Position numbers and translations under genes: made by a program | Shown here: one piece after another, positions 28,029-37,655 of the stretch | Layout of the letters: each line of letters opens with the position of its first letter | Numbering within the stretch: the stretch's first letter is position 1 | Notes under the pieces: model-generated | The model's input: the letters and a program-made list of their open reading frames with translations, nothing else | What the model was told of the DNA's origin: nothing | The model's database searches: none | DNA from: Thermoplasmatota archaeon | GTDB taxonomy: Archaea; Thermoplasmatota; Thermoplasmata; UBA10834 | Length of the DNA: 64,000 nt | Reading direction: 5' to 3' | Assembly: GCA_040751795.1 (NCBI GenBank) | Contig: JBFMHR010000004.1 | Location: forward strand, 32,001 to 96,000

Positions 28029-29300
28029 ATGGAAGGCGGGCAGGCCGGGGCGGACGAGAAGAGGCTCATGCGCAGGTTCTTCGTGATATGGGGCGCGCAG
28101 GCGTTCTCGCTCGTCGGCAGCGCCCTGGTGCAGTTCGCCCTCGTGTGGTGGCTCACGCTCGAGACCGGCTCGGCGAGCGTCCTGGCGCTCGCGATGACAA
28201 TGGCGCTGCTGCCGCAGATCGCCATAGGCCCCTTCGCCGGCGCCCTCGTGGACAGGTGGAACCGCCGTCTGGTCATGATCTGGGCGGACGTGTCCATAGC
28301 CGTCGCCACGGTCGTCCTGATGGCGCTCTTCGCCGCGGACCTGGTGCAGGTGTGGCACATATACGTCGTTCTGCTGGTGCGGTCGGTGGGCGGGTCGTTC
28401 CACTTCCCCGCCATGGCCGCTTCGACGACCCTCATGGTCCCTGAGAAGCACCTCGCCAGGGTGGGCGGCCTCAACCAGGCGGTCCAGGGCGCGGTGAGCA
28501 TCGCCGCCCCGGCCCTCGCCGCCGCCCTGCTCCTGATCCTTCCCATGTGGGGAGTGTTGTCGCTGGACGTCGTCACCGCGGCCATCGCCGTCGCCCCCCT
28601 GCTGTTCATCAGGATCCCCCAGCCGGTGAAGCGGACTGACGGGGAGGGCAAGCCCTCGTCGGTCCTCTCCGACATGCGGGACGGGCTCAGGTTCCTGAGG
28701 GGTTGGCGCGGGGCCATGACCCTCATCCTGATGGTGATGGTCATCAACCTCCTCTTCACCCCGGCCGTCACGCTCATGCCCATCTTGGTCACCTCCTACT
28801 TCGGCAAGGGCCTGGTCGAGTTCGCGACGATGGAGATGGTGACGGGCGCCTCGTTCGTCGTCGGCGGCCTGGCCCTCGGCGCGTGGGGCGGCTTCAGGAG
28901 GAAGGTGGTGACGATGCTCCTCACCGGCACCGTCGCCGGCTTCGGGACCGTGTTCGTCGGCGTCCTCCCGGAGAGCGGCTTCTACCTCGCGGTCGGGGGC
29001 ATGTTCCTCGTGGGCTTCATGGTGGCCATGGTCAACGGCTCGGCCTCGGCGCTGATGCAGGCGACCATACCGCCGGACAAGCAGGGCCGCGTGTTCGGGC
29101 TCATGGGCAGCCTCATCGTGGCCATGACCCCGATCGGACTGGCCTTCGCCGGGCCCGTGTCCGACCTGGCGGGGGTCCAGATATGGTTCATCGTGGCAGG
29201 CATCGGCCTCGCGGCGATCATGGCGAGCGGTTTCTTCATGAGGTCGGTGATGGCCGTCGAGGACGTCTCCAAGCAGCGGGTCGCGGTCGAGGAGAAGTGA
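28029..29300 (+). CDS. MFS transporter (MefA/macrolide-efflux-like)
   Basis: GQAFSLVGS-like N-terminus, GALVDRWNRR and QGRVFG. Confidence 0.88.
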   Translation: MEGGQAGADEKRLMRRFFVIWGAQAFSLVGSALVQFALVWWLTLETGSASVLALAMTMALLPQIAIGPFAGALVDRWNRRLVMIWADVSIAVATVVLMALFAADLVQVWHIYVVLLVRSVGGSFHFPAMAASTTLMVPEKHLARVGGLNQAVQGAVSIAAPALAAALLLILPMWGVLSLDVVTAAIAVAPLLFIRIPQPVKRTDGEGKPSSVLSDMRDGLRFLRGWRGAMTLILMVMVINLLFTPAVTLMPILVTSYFGKGLVEFATMEMVTGASFVVGGLALGAWGGFRRKVVTMLLTGTVAGFGTVFVGVLPESGFYLAVGGMFLVGFMVAMVNGSASALMQATIPPDKQGRVFGLMGSLIVAMTPIGLAFAGPVSDLAGVQIWFIVAGIGLAAIMASGFFMRSVMAVEDVSKQRVAVEEK

Positions 29301-29312
29301 GCCGGTCCGGCC

Positions 29313-30842
29313 TCAGAGCTGCGGCGCCTTCTTCAGCCAGTCCACGTCCGAGACGTAGATGTCCCTGATGTCGGAGAGGCCCCACATGAGCATCCCGAGC
29401 CTCTCGAGGCCGAGGCCCCACGCGAGCACCGGCTCCTTAACTCCGAGCGGCTCGGTCACCTCCGGCCTGAACACGCCCGCCCCGCCGAGCTCCATCCACT
29501 GGCCCTTCCAGAGGATGTCGACCTCGAGGGACGGCTCGGTGTAGGGGAAGTAGCCCGGCCTTATCCTGATCCGGTCGGAGCCCATGCGCCTGTAGAACTC
29601 CTTGAGGAGGCCGCAGAGCATGTCGAAGTCGGCCCCCTCCTCGCAAACGATCCCCTCGATCTGCGTGAACTCCGGCAGGTGGGTCGAGTCCATCGCCTCG
29701 TTCCTGAAGATCCTGCCTATCGAGAAGACCTTGAACGGCAGTTGGGGGTTCTTGTAGATGTGGCGGACGGTGTTGACGGTGGTGTGTGTCCTCAGGAGCG
29801 CCCTCTGCGCCTCCTCCAGGCTCCATCCGTACCTCCACCCGAGGGAGCCGGTCCTCCAGCCGTCCTCGTGGACATGCCTCACGATGTCGACGAACTCCCC
29901 GTCCTCGGAGAGGTCGATCCTCGACGGGTTCTCGAGGTAGAAGGTGTCCTGCATCTCCCTCGCCGGGTGGTCCTGGGCGGTGAAGAGGGCGTCCATGTTC
30001 CAGAAGGCGCTCTCTATGTACTGCCCCCTGATCTCGGTGAAGCCCATGGTGAGGAAGGCGTCCCTGACCTTCTCGATCAGCACTGTCATCGGGTGCTTCC
30101 TGCCCCCGGCCGCGGTCGGGGCGAAGGCCTTCACGTCGTACCTCCGCAGCTCGACCTCCCTCCACCTCCCTGTCTGGATCAGCTCGGGCGTCAGCTGCGC
30201 CACCTCCTCCCTGACGTCCAGCGGGAGCGCGGCGACCTCCCTGCCCAGGTCTGTGAGCTCGACGGTCCTCTCCACGAGGTGCTTCTCGGAGAGGAAGTCC
30301 TTCCGCTGCCTCAGGGAGTCGAGGACCGCCCTGTCGGAGTCCCTCTCGTGCACCTCCCCCTTCGCCAGCCTCTCGATCAGGAGCTCGTCGTCCCCCTTCC
30401 GGCCCAGCGCCTGCCGGCCCTTCTCGTTGATCGCGATGAACGTGTCGTTGCCCTGCTTCGAGACCTCTCCCCACCCCTTCCTCTTGACCCAGCCCAGGGC
30501 GATCTGGATGTCCTCGTTTGTGAGCTTCCCGGTGGCCTTGAGGTCAGCGAGCGACCCCTTCCCGCCGAGGTCTCTGACGAGGACCTCCGCGACGGCCCTC
30601 TCCGCCAGGGGCCTCGAGGCCGCGTCCCTGCGCTTGAGCGAGTAGGTCTTGGTGATGCTCTCGCGGATGGTGACGAGCCCCTTCGTCTGGAGCCAGGAGG
30701 CGGCGTTCATGACCTCGACGGGCTTGTCGAAGCCCCCCGCGTCGCGTATCGCCTCGGGGGACGCGCCGCCCAGGGTGCCCAGCGCCTTCAGCACCCTCTT
30801 CTCGGAGTGGCTGAGCTGCGCGACCAACTCGTCATGCGTCAT
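29313..30842 (-). CDS. pheS: Phenylalanine--tRNA ligase alpha subunit (archaeal long form)
   Basis: QDHPAREMQDTF, LRTHTT, FRNE...THLPEF, YFPYTEPS and WGLGLER motifs. Confidence 0.96.
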   Translation of the reverse strand: MTHDELVAQLSHSEKRVLKALGTLGGASPEAIRDAGGFDKPVEVMNAASWLQTKGLVTIRESITKTYSLKRRDAASRPLAERAVAEVLVRDLGGKGSLADLKATGKLTNEDIQIALGWVKRKGWGEVSKQGNDTFIAINEKGRQALGRKGDDELLIERLAKGEVHERDSDRAVLDSLRQRKDFLSEKHLVERTVELTDLGREVAALPLDVREEVAQLTPELIQTGRWREVELRRYDVKAFAPTAAGGRKHPMTVLIEKVRDAFLTMGFTEIRGQYIESAFWNMDALFTAQDHPAREMQDTFYLENPSRIDLSEDGEFVDIVRHVHEDGWRTGSLGWRYGWSLEEAQRALLRTHTTVNTVRHIYKNPQLPFKVFSIGRIFRNEAMDSTHLPEFTQIEGIVCEEGADFDMLCGLLKEFYRRMGSDRIRIRPGYFPYTEPSLEVDILWKGQWMELGGAGVFRPEVTEPLGVKEPVLAWGLGLERLGMLMWGLSDIRDIYVSDVDWLKKAPQL

Positions 30843-30867
30843 GTCCTGGGTTCATCGGACAAAGGTC

Positions 30868-31305
30868 TTATCTAGTTTTCTTGGCCCGGCGCCTCTGTGC
30901 GCCGTAGACGGACCCCACCTCGCCGTCGAAGGGCTTGACGTCCCAGACCGGGCTGCCGTCGTACGCGTCCAGGCCGCGCACCCTGACCAAGCGCCCCCTC
31001 ACCCCGAGGAGCTCGACCTTCGTGAGGCCCAGCCTGTTCGGCCGTTTGGGGGAGCGGGTCGCGAAGACTCCGACCAGGGGCCTCGCCGGGTCGTGCATCG
31101 GGTGCACCCGCGGGGTCCAGCCCCTCTTCCTGTCGAAACCGAAGATGACCCACATGTGTTTGAACCGGTCCAGTCTGTAGAGCCCGGGGACGTACTCCGG
31201 CTCGAATACGAGCTGCGACTCCACATCGTCCCAGTCGTCCGGGTCGTCCGTGACGCCGTTCCTGACGAACGCTATCGGCCTGAGCCTCAACGCAGTCCCG
31301 TCCAC
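30868..31305 (-). CDS. tsaA: TrmO/TsaA-like tRNA m6t6A37 methyltransferase
   Basis: GVFATRSPKRPNRLG and GLDAYDGSPVWDVKPF; this is the C-terminal part of the 30868..32487 ORF. Confidence 0.88.
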   Translation of the reverse strand: MDGTALRLRPIAFVRNGVTDDPDDWDDVESQLVFEPEYVPGLYRLDRFKHMWVIFGFDRKRGWTPRVHPMHDPARPLVGVFATRSPKRPNRLGLTKVELLGVRGRLVRVRGLDAYDGSPVWDVKPFDGEVGSVYGAQRRRAKKTR

Positions 31306-31334
31306 CGGATTGCCGCCGTGGGAGATTAACCCTG

Positions 31335-32453
31335 TCAGTCCCGGACGAAGAACTCCTGGACGACGTCCTTGGCCTTCTCCCTGCGCCTCTGGTGCTCCTC
31401 GAGGAACTTCCAGACCTTCTCGAAGAGGAGGGCCTTGCACTCGCCGCACATGATAGCGCCAGATTTGCAGTCGGCCTGCAGCTTGGCGAGCTTCGCGTCG
31501 TCGGGCTCGAAGAAGTACGCCTGGTACTGGTACACGGAGCAGATGTCGGGGTCGCCGCCGAGCTTCTTCTGCTCCTCGACCGAGACGCGCCCGCCGGTGA
31601 AGGCGTTCATGACCTTCTTCCTGACGACCTTCTGGCCGTCGGTGGTGAAGATGGTCGTGTCGGCCTTCGTCGACGTGGACATCTTCTCCGCGCCGGCGAG
31701 GGAAGGCATCAGCTTCGCGTGCACCAGGGCGGGCTTGTAGTAGCCGAGCCCCTCGGCGACGTCCCTCGTGATCCTGAAGTGCGGGTCCTGGTCGATGCCG
31801 CAGGGGATGAGGCACGGGACCTTCCTCCCCTTCTCGACCGACTCGAGGAAGCACGGGACCGTCTGGATGCTCGTGAAGAATATGCTCCCGATGTTGTTCG
31901 AGTTGTCGAAGCCGAAGACTGCCTTGATTGTGGAGAAGTTGATCTTCTTCGCGGCCCTGATCGCGAGGGGGTACATCGTCTTGATGTACTCGGTGTCGAG
32001 GAAGATCTTCGTGAGCTTCTGGTCGAATCCGAGGGCGATGATGTCCAGGGCGTTCTCGTAGCCCCACTTCTTGGTCTCCTCGAGGGTCAGGTGGTCGTAG
32101 AACATGAACTTCTCGTCGTCCGTCAGCTGGAACCAGAGGTTGACCTTGAACACGTCCTGGAGGTACTTGGTGAACTCCCAGGGCATCAGGTGCCCGAGGT
32201 GGATCGGCCCAGAGGGCCCGCGTCCGGTGTAGAGCGCGAACTTGTTCCCCTTGTCGTACTCGTTCAGCACCCAGTCGAGGTCCCTGTGGGAGTAGAAGAC
32301 CTCCCTCCTGAGCATGTGGTGGAGCGGGCCGTACCTGGAGATCCTCTTCAGGAGCGCCCCGTCTATCCTCTTCGTGCCGAAGCGCTCGACCAGGACGTCG
32401 TAGTCGACCTCGCCCGAGACCCCGTAGGGGGTGACGACGAACTCTTTGTTCAT
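31335..32453 (-). CDS. trpS: Tryptophan--tRNA ligase (archaeal/eukaryotic type)
   Basis: YTGRGPS, HLGH, QLTDDEK, IDQDPHF, KMSTS and AFTGG motifs. Confidence 0.95.
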   Translation of the reverse strand: MNKEFVVTPYGVSGEVDYDVLVERFGTKRIDGALLKRISRYGPLHHMLRREVFYSHRDLDWVLNEYDKGNKFALYTGRGPSGPIHLGHLMPWEFTKYLQDVFKVNLWFQLTDDEKFMFYDHLTLEETKKWGYENALDIIALGFDQKLTKIFLDTEYIKTMYPLAIRAAKKINFSTIKAVFGFDNSNNIGSIFFTSIQTVPCFLESVEKGRKVPCLIPCGIDQDPHFRITRDVAEGLGYYKPALVHAKLMPSLAGAEKMSTSTKADTTIFTTDGQKVVRKKVMNAFTGGRVSVEEQKKLGGDPDICSVYQYQAYFFEPDDAKLAKLQADCKSGAIMCGECKALLFEKVWKFLEEHQRRREKAKDVVQEFFVRD

Positions 32454-32582
32454 CCGCTATCGGGGCCTCGGTTAGAGGTTCTGACATTATATTCCTTTGC
32501 CATGTGGCGGGGCCTCCAGCCGGGGAAGGTTTTTACCCTGCCACCCCTCTCTGCGACCAGCACAGTGTCGGAAGGTGTCGAG

Positions 32583-33515
32583 ATGGGAATGTGGAAACAG
32601 GCAGTCGTGTGCGCGCTCTCTCTGGTGGCAGTCATGTCCGTGTTCGCGGCCCCCGCTGCGGCCACGGACCGCTCGGAGGGCGACTACTGGGTGTACGAAG
32701 GTGAGATGGAATACGAGGGGATCGCGGTCACGGGAACGTTCAGATACGAGTTCGAGGAGAAGGACTCCCTGACGGTCGGCTCGGAGACCTATGATGTCAA
32801 CGTCATGAAGGTGACGGGCTCGATGACGGGCGAGACCGACGACTTCCTGGGCATCTCGGCCACGGTGGAGATGACCTTCGACGGATACTCCTACGACCTA
32901 GTGGGTGGCATGGCCGTGGTCAAGGAGGACATGCACATGTGGGCGAACCTCACCATCGGGACTGGCTCGCTGGCCATCGTCACGATGGTGGAGACGCAGG
33001 ACGTCACCACGAACTCCCCGCCGTTCATGTCGGGGTTCGTCGACGGCGAGACCGGGGCCGGGGACCAGTGGAACGAGACGGTCGAGGTCTCCACGACATC
33101 CACTACATGGATCGACGGTGCGATGGAGGACACGTACAGCGGCACCTACACCGAGGACCACGCCTTCACCGTCGCCGCGGCCGAGGAGAGCGTGACTGTC
33201 GACGCCGGGACGTTCTCGTGCCTCAAGATCACCGCCACGGGGGAGTGGGACGACTACATCGTCTACTGGTACTCACCTGACGTGGCCGGCTGGGTGAAGA
33301 TGTCCTCGTACTCGATGGGCGAGACCTCGCCGTACATGACCATCGAGCTCTCCGAGTACACCCACGGCGGGCTCTCCGCGACGATGGTCCTCATGATCGT
33401 CGGGGCCGTGGCCATCATCGCGGTCGTCATCGTGGTCGCGCTCCTCATGCTCAGGAGGGGCAGGACCCCGACTCAGGTCCCGCCGCCGATGCCCCCGCCG
33501 CCTCCGACAGGGTGA
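32583..33515 (+). CDS. Membrane-anchored secreted hypothetical protein with Pro-rich cytoplasmic tail
   Basis: Signal peptide ending AAPAAA; acidic/Thr-rich beta-like body; VTVDAGTFSC; C-terminal TM then RRGR and PPPMPPPPP. Confidence 0.8.
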   Translation: MGMWKQAVVCALSLVAVMSVFAAPAAATDRSEGDYWVYEGEMEYEGIAVTGTFRYEFEEKDSLTVGSETYDVNVMKVTGSMTGETDDFLGISATVEMTFDGYSYDLVGGMAVVKEDMHMWANLTIGTGSLAIVTMVETQDVTTNSPPFMSGFVDGETGAGDQWNETVEVSTTSTTWIDGAMEDTYSGTYTEDHAFTVAAAEESVTVDAGTFSCLKITATGEWDDYIVYWYSPDVAGWVKMSSYSMGETSPYMTIELSEYTHGGLSATMVLMIVGAVAIIAVVIVVALLMLRRGRTPTQVPPPMPPPPPTG

Positions 33516-33521
33516 TGGCAG

Positions 33522-34025
33522 GTGTCCCCTGACCATGCGGTAGCCAGGAGGGTCTCCGAGTCGAGGTCGGTCGTCGCCAGGGTGATGATGCCCCAGGACG
33601 CGAACATCGCCGGGAACGTCTTCGGGGGGACCATACTCAAGACCGTCGACGAGATCGCCTACGTCGCGGCCACTCAGCACGCGCGCGCGAACGTCGTCAC
33701 GGCGTCGGTCGACCGGATGGCCTTCCTGTCCCCGGTCCACGTGGGCGACCTCCTGACACTCAAGGCGAACGTGAACGCCGTGTGGAGGTCGTCGATGGAG
33801 GTCGGCGTCCGCATCGAGGCCATGGACCCCAGGACGGGAGAGGTGAGGCACACCGGGTCTTCGTACCTGACGGTCGTCGCCCTTGGGCCCGACGGCGCCC
33901 CGTGCCCCGTCCCACGCCTCGAGCTGGAGACGGACGAGGACGTGCGCCGGAACCGCGAGGCACTCGCCCGCAGGGCGAGGAGGCTCGAGGAGAAGGCCGT
34001 CGAGAGGTTCAGGTCGAAGGCGTGA
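33522..34025 (+). CDS. Acyl-CoA thioesterase (YciA/hotdog fold)
   Basis: PQDANIAGNVFGG, VTASVD and SSMEVGV motifs. Confidence 0.9.
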   Translation: MSPDHAVARRVSESRSVVARVMMPQDANIAGNVFGGTILKTVDEIAYVAATQHARANVVTASVDRMAFLSPVHVGDLLTLKANVNAVWRSSMEVGVRIEAMDPRTGEVRHTGSSYLTVVALGPDGAPCPVPRLELETDEDVRRNREALARRARRLEEKAVERFRSKA

Positions 34026-34117
34026 CCCCGCCCCGAGGGGTATTTCAAACTTCTGCACGCGGGGACTCCGGGGTATTTATCGGAGAACCAGTTTCACCCT
34101 CATAGCAGGAGGATAGA

Positions 34118-35578
34118 TTGTCCAAAGCGGTTTTCGACCCCCTGAGCAAGGAGCAGGAGGACGCGGTGCACCTGGAGTCCATCAGGATCCTGGAGCAGGT
34201 GGGCATCAAGGTGACGAGCCACAGGGTGCTCGCCATGCTGAAGGAGAAGGGCGCGGTCGTGGACGACCGGAGCCAGGTCGCCCGGCTCTCGGAGGCGATG
34301 GTGGAGGAGGCCCTCTCGAAGGCGCCGAAGGAGTTCGTGATGGCCGCCAGGGACCCGCGCTGGGACCTGTCCCTCCCCGCGACCAGCAGGGTCTACGGGG
34401 TCAACGACGGCCAGCCCACCGACGTCTGGGACATGGACGCCCAGGTGAAGCGGAAGTCGACCGCCCGCGACCTCGTGGACCTCACCCTCGTGTGCGACGC
34501 GATGCCGGAGGTGGACCTGTACTGGCCCGAGGTGGTCGCCACCGACCTCCCCCCGGACGTCTCCAACAGCCACGAGTTCGTGGCGTCGCTCTTCAACACG
34601 GGCAAGCACATCCAGCACGGCGCGGGGTCGGTCGAGGACGCGAGGTTCCTGATCGACGCGGCCGCAGCGGTCGTCGGGTCGGAGAAGGACCTGGCCAAGA
34701 GGCCCATCATCTCGATCACGCACACGCCCATCACGCCACTGAGGTACGAGGAGGGGGACATCGAGGCCGCGGTGGAGTTCGCCCTCGCAGGACTCCCCGT
34801 CGTGCACCTCTCGATGGCCATCTCGGGCTCCGTCGCCCCGGTGACGCTGGCGGGCACGGTCGCCCTGGTGAACGCGGAGAACCTGGCGGGATTCGTGATC
34901 TCCCAGGCCGCCAAGGCCGGCGCGCCCGTCCTGTACAGCTCCGAGTCCGGCCCGATGGACATGAAGACCGGCGTGTTCCTCTCCGGCTCGACCGAGGGCG
35001 CCCTCATCAACTCGGCGGGGTGCCAGATGGCGCGCAGGTACCGGATGCCCTCGCAGGTCGGCGGCACCGCCGCATCGGGGTGCAGGCCGGGGTACGAGGT
35101 CGGCTACCAGAAGGCCATCAGCGGGCTCCTCCCGGTCATGGCGGGCGCGGACCAGGTCGTAGGCATAGGCGGCTTCGAGCGCTCGGGCTGCGAGTCCGTC
35201 GAGCAGGTCGTCATGGACTGCGAGCTCTGGAGGAACATCCTCCGCGCGTGGAGGGGCATCGACGTCGGGAGGGAGACCCTCGCCTTCGACGCCATCTCCA
35301 GGGTGGGCCCGGGCGGCTACTTCATGAAGGACGTCCACACCCTCAGGCACTTCAGGAGGGAGAACCTCCTGCCCAGGATCGCCATGCTCCCGCCGCCCCA
35401 GGACTCCGCCGAGGAGCCCATCAGGGTTGCGGCCCGCAGGGAGGCCAAGAGGATCCTCGCCGATCACAGACCGCCGCCGATCGAGAAAGGCGCCGCCGAC
35501 GAGGTCAAGGCCATTCTGAGGAGGTACGACGAGGCGACCATCAAGGCGGCCGTCCCGACGGACTACCTCAGGTACTGA
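34118..35578 (+). CDS. Second MttB-superfamily methyltransferase, non-pyrrolysine
   Basis: NTGKH, PITPL, APVTLAGTVALVNAENLAG and VGPGGYF...HT; TTG start with AGGAGG SD; no in-frame TAG. Confidence 0.87.
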   Translation: MSKAVFDPLSKEQEDAVHLESIRILEQVGIKVTSHRVLAMLKEKGAVVDDRSQVARLSEAMVEEALSKAPKEFVMAARDPRWDLSLPATSRVYGVNDGQPTDVWDMDAQVKRKSTARDLVDLTLVCDAMPEVDLYWPEVVATDLPPDVSNSHEFVASLFNTGKHIQHGAGSVEDARFLIDAAAAVVGSEKDLAKRPIISITHTPITPLRYEEGDIEAAVEFALAGLPVVHLSMAISGSVAPVTLAGTVALVNAENLAGFVISQAAKAGAPVLYSSESGPMDMKTGVFLSGSTEGALINSAGCQMARRYRMPSQVGGTAASGCRPGYEVGYQKAISGLLPVMAGADQVVGIGGFERSGCESVEQVVMDCELWRNILRAWRGIDVGRETLAFDAISRVGPGGYFMKDVHTLRHFRRENLLPRIAMLPPPQDSAEEPIRVAARREAKRILADHRPPPIEKGAADEVKAILRRYDEATIKAAVPTDYLRY

Positions 35579-35649
35579 ACGCCACCGCGCGAGTAGTGGC
35601 CTGTGAAGGGTTATCTTCACCGAGACCGATGACCGGCCGCTGTGATAGC

Positions 35650-36768
35650 ATGGGCTTCTCCGATGGGTCAGGGTACGACAGGTCGCTGAGGGCGGGGGCG
35701 AGGGCGTGCGTGGACGACGTCCTCGGCCTGAAGAAGGGCGAGACGCTGCTGGTCATAACCAACCCGAACCGCGAGGTCCGGGAGATCTCCATGGCCATAT
35801 TCGACGCCGCCGAGGGGGCGGGCGCGTCCCCCGTTGTGGCTTTCCAGCCGGAGAAGGGCCAGTTCGACTTCACCGAGGCGTCCATAGTCGCTGCGATGCG
35901 GGCGGAGCCGGACGCCATACTCTCCATGAGCGCGGACAGGCTGGGCAAGGACAGGGTCGGGCTCCAGAAGGGCTACAAGGGGAAGAGGAAGTACAACGAC
36001 TACTTCGAGCTCCTCTACGAGGAGAAGAAGTCGAGGGCCTTCTGGTCCCCGGGGATCACCAAGGACATGTTCAGGCGGACGGTCCCGATCGACTACACGA
36101 GGCTGAGGTCGGACTGCAGGCGGCTCGTCAAGCTGCTGGCCGCGTCCTCCGAGGCCAGGGTCACGGCGCCGGGAGGGACCGACATCCGCATCGGCGTCAA
36201 GGGCAGGAAGGCCCGGCCCGACGACGGGGACTTCAGGAGGCCCGGCGCGTCCGGGAACGTCCCGTCGGGAGAGGTGTACGTGTCGCCCGCGCTGGGCACC
36301 GCCCAGGGCGTCATCGCGTTCGACGGTTCCATGGTCCTCAACGAGGGCGAGGTCGTGATCAGGACGCCCATAGTCGCCGAGGTCGAGGGCGGGTTCATCA
36401 CCGCGATCTCCGGGAGGTCTGAGGCCGACAGGCTCAGGGCCTCTATAGCCTCCGCCCGGTCCAAGACGAGGAAGATGGTCTCCCAGGGCCTCCTCCCGAG
36501 GAAGAGCCTCGAGTCCTACTCCAGGAACGCCTCGTCGATAGGGGAGCTGGGGATAGGGCTCAACAGGCGCGCGAGGATCGTCGCGAACATGCTCGAGGAC
36601 GAGAAGGTCTACGGGACGTGCCACTTCGCCGTGGGCAGCAACTACGACGGGGACGCGGAGGCGCTGATCCACCTGGACGGGATAGTCAAGAGGCCGACCA
36701 TCACCCTGGTCTCCCACTCCGGCAAGGAGACGGTAGTGATGGAGTCCGGGAAGCTGAGCTGGGACTGA
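35650..36768 (+). CDS. Aminopeptidase, M29 (AmpT-like) family
   Basis: NVPSGEVY, IGELGIGLN, EDEKVYGTCHFAVG and HLD motifs; this is the C-terminal part of the 34492 ORF. Confidence 0.85.
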   Translation: MGFSDGSGYDRSLRAGARACVDDVLGLKKGETLLVITNPNREVREISMAIFDAAEGAGASPVVAFQPEKGQFDFTEASIVAAMRAEPDAILSMSADRLGKDRVGLQKGYKGKRKYNDYFELLYEEKKSRAFWSPGITKDMFRRTVPIDYTRLRSDCRRLVKLLAASSEARVTAPGGTDIRIGVKGRKARPDDGDFRRPGASGNVPSGEVYVSPALGTAQGVIAFDGSMVLNEGEVVIRTPIVAEVEGGFITAISGRSEADRLRASIASARSKTRKMVSQGLLPRKSLESYSRNASSIGELGIGLNRRARIVANMLEDEKVYGTCHFAVGSNYDGDAEALIHLDGIVKRPTITLVSHSGKETVVMESGKLSWD

Positions 36769-36805
36769 GAGAAGGTTTAACTGCAGGCCCTCACTTCCGA
36801 GACGC

Positions 36806-37642
36806 ATGGAGGAGCGGGTCCTGCCGGGCGCGGCGGACCAGGACAGGTTCGACAGGTCCAGGAGGGTCGGATGGCTCGACCTCGAGTCGGTCTTCCGGTC
36901 CAGGGTCCTCATGCTCGGGGCGGGCGCCCTCGGCAACGAGGTCGCCAAGTGCCTCGCGCTCTCCGGCTTCAGGAGGGTCACCGTCGTGGACATGGACCAC
37001 GTCGTCGGCTCGAACCTGAACAGGTGCCTCTTCTTCACGTCGGAGGACGCGACCGCCCGCAGCAGCAAGGCGGAGGTCGTGGCCAGGGGCATCGAGCGGC
37101 TCTCCCCGGAGGCCAGGGCGAGGGCCATCGTGGGGAGGCTCGAGGACATCCCGGACGGCCTCTACCGGGAGTTCGACGTCGTCGTGGGTTGCCTCGACAA
37201 CATAGGCGCCAGGGTACACGCGAACTCCCGCGCCTACATGGCCGGGAGGCCGTACATAGACGGGGGCATGGAGGGCTTCTCCGGGAAGGTGATGGTCTGC
37301 CTCCCGCCGGACGGGCCGTGCGTCCAGTGCGGGATGAACAGGTCCCACGCGAGGGTCGCCGGGCTCAGGTTCAGCTGCACGGGCAAGGGGGTGGTGTTCC
37401 ACGAGCCGAGGCTGGCCGCGGAGATCACGACCACCAGCGTGGTGTCGGCGGTGATGGTCAGGGAGTGCCTGAAGGTGGTCTCGGGCAGGGGTGACACGGC
37501 CTTGAGGAACACGCTCTACTACGACGGGCAGAGGAACGTGGCGGAGGAGCTCGAGGTCCCCCTCGACCCGAGGTGCCCGAACCACCCGGCGAAGGTGCTA
37601 CAGGTATCCGAAAACCATATAACATCAGGCTCTGTCCAGTAG
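36806..37642 (+). CDS. E1-like ubiquitin/Ubl-activating enzyme (ThiF/MoeB superfamily)
   Basis: DRFDRS, GAGALG, DMDHV..SNLNR, CLDN..AR; Zn ligands CVQC (172/175) and CPNH (257/260); candidate catalytic Cys191 in RFSCT. Confidence 0.9.
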   Translation: MEERVLPGAADQDRFDRSRRVGWLDLESVFRSRVLMLGAGALGNEVAKCLALSGFRRVTVVDMDHVVGSNLNRCLFFTSEDATARSSKAEVVARGIERLSPEARARAIVGRLEDIPDGLYREFDVVVGCLDNIGARVHANSRAYMAGRPYIDGGMEGFSGKVMVCLPPDGPCVQCGMNRSHARVAGLRFSCTGKGVVFHEPRLAAEITTTSVVSAVMVRECLKVVSGRGDTALRNTLYYDGQRNVAEELEVPLDPRCPNHPAKVLQVSENHITSGSVQ

Positions 37643-37655
37643 GCAGGTGGTCGCC

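Noticed and set aside
9920-35578. Pyrrolysine readthrough or methanogenesis inferred from mttB genes
   Set aside because: Neither mttB has an in-frame amber codon, and no pyl or mcr genes are in the window.
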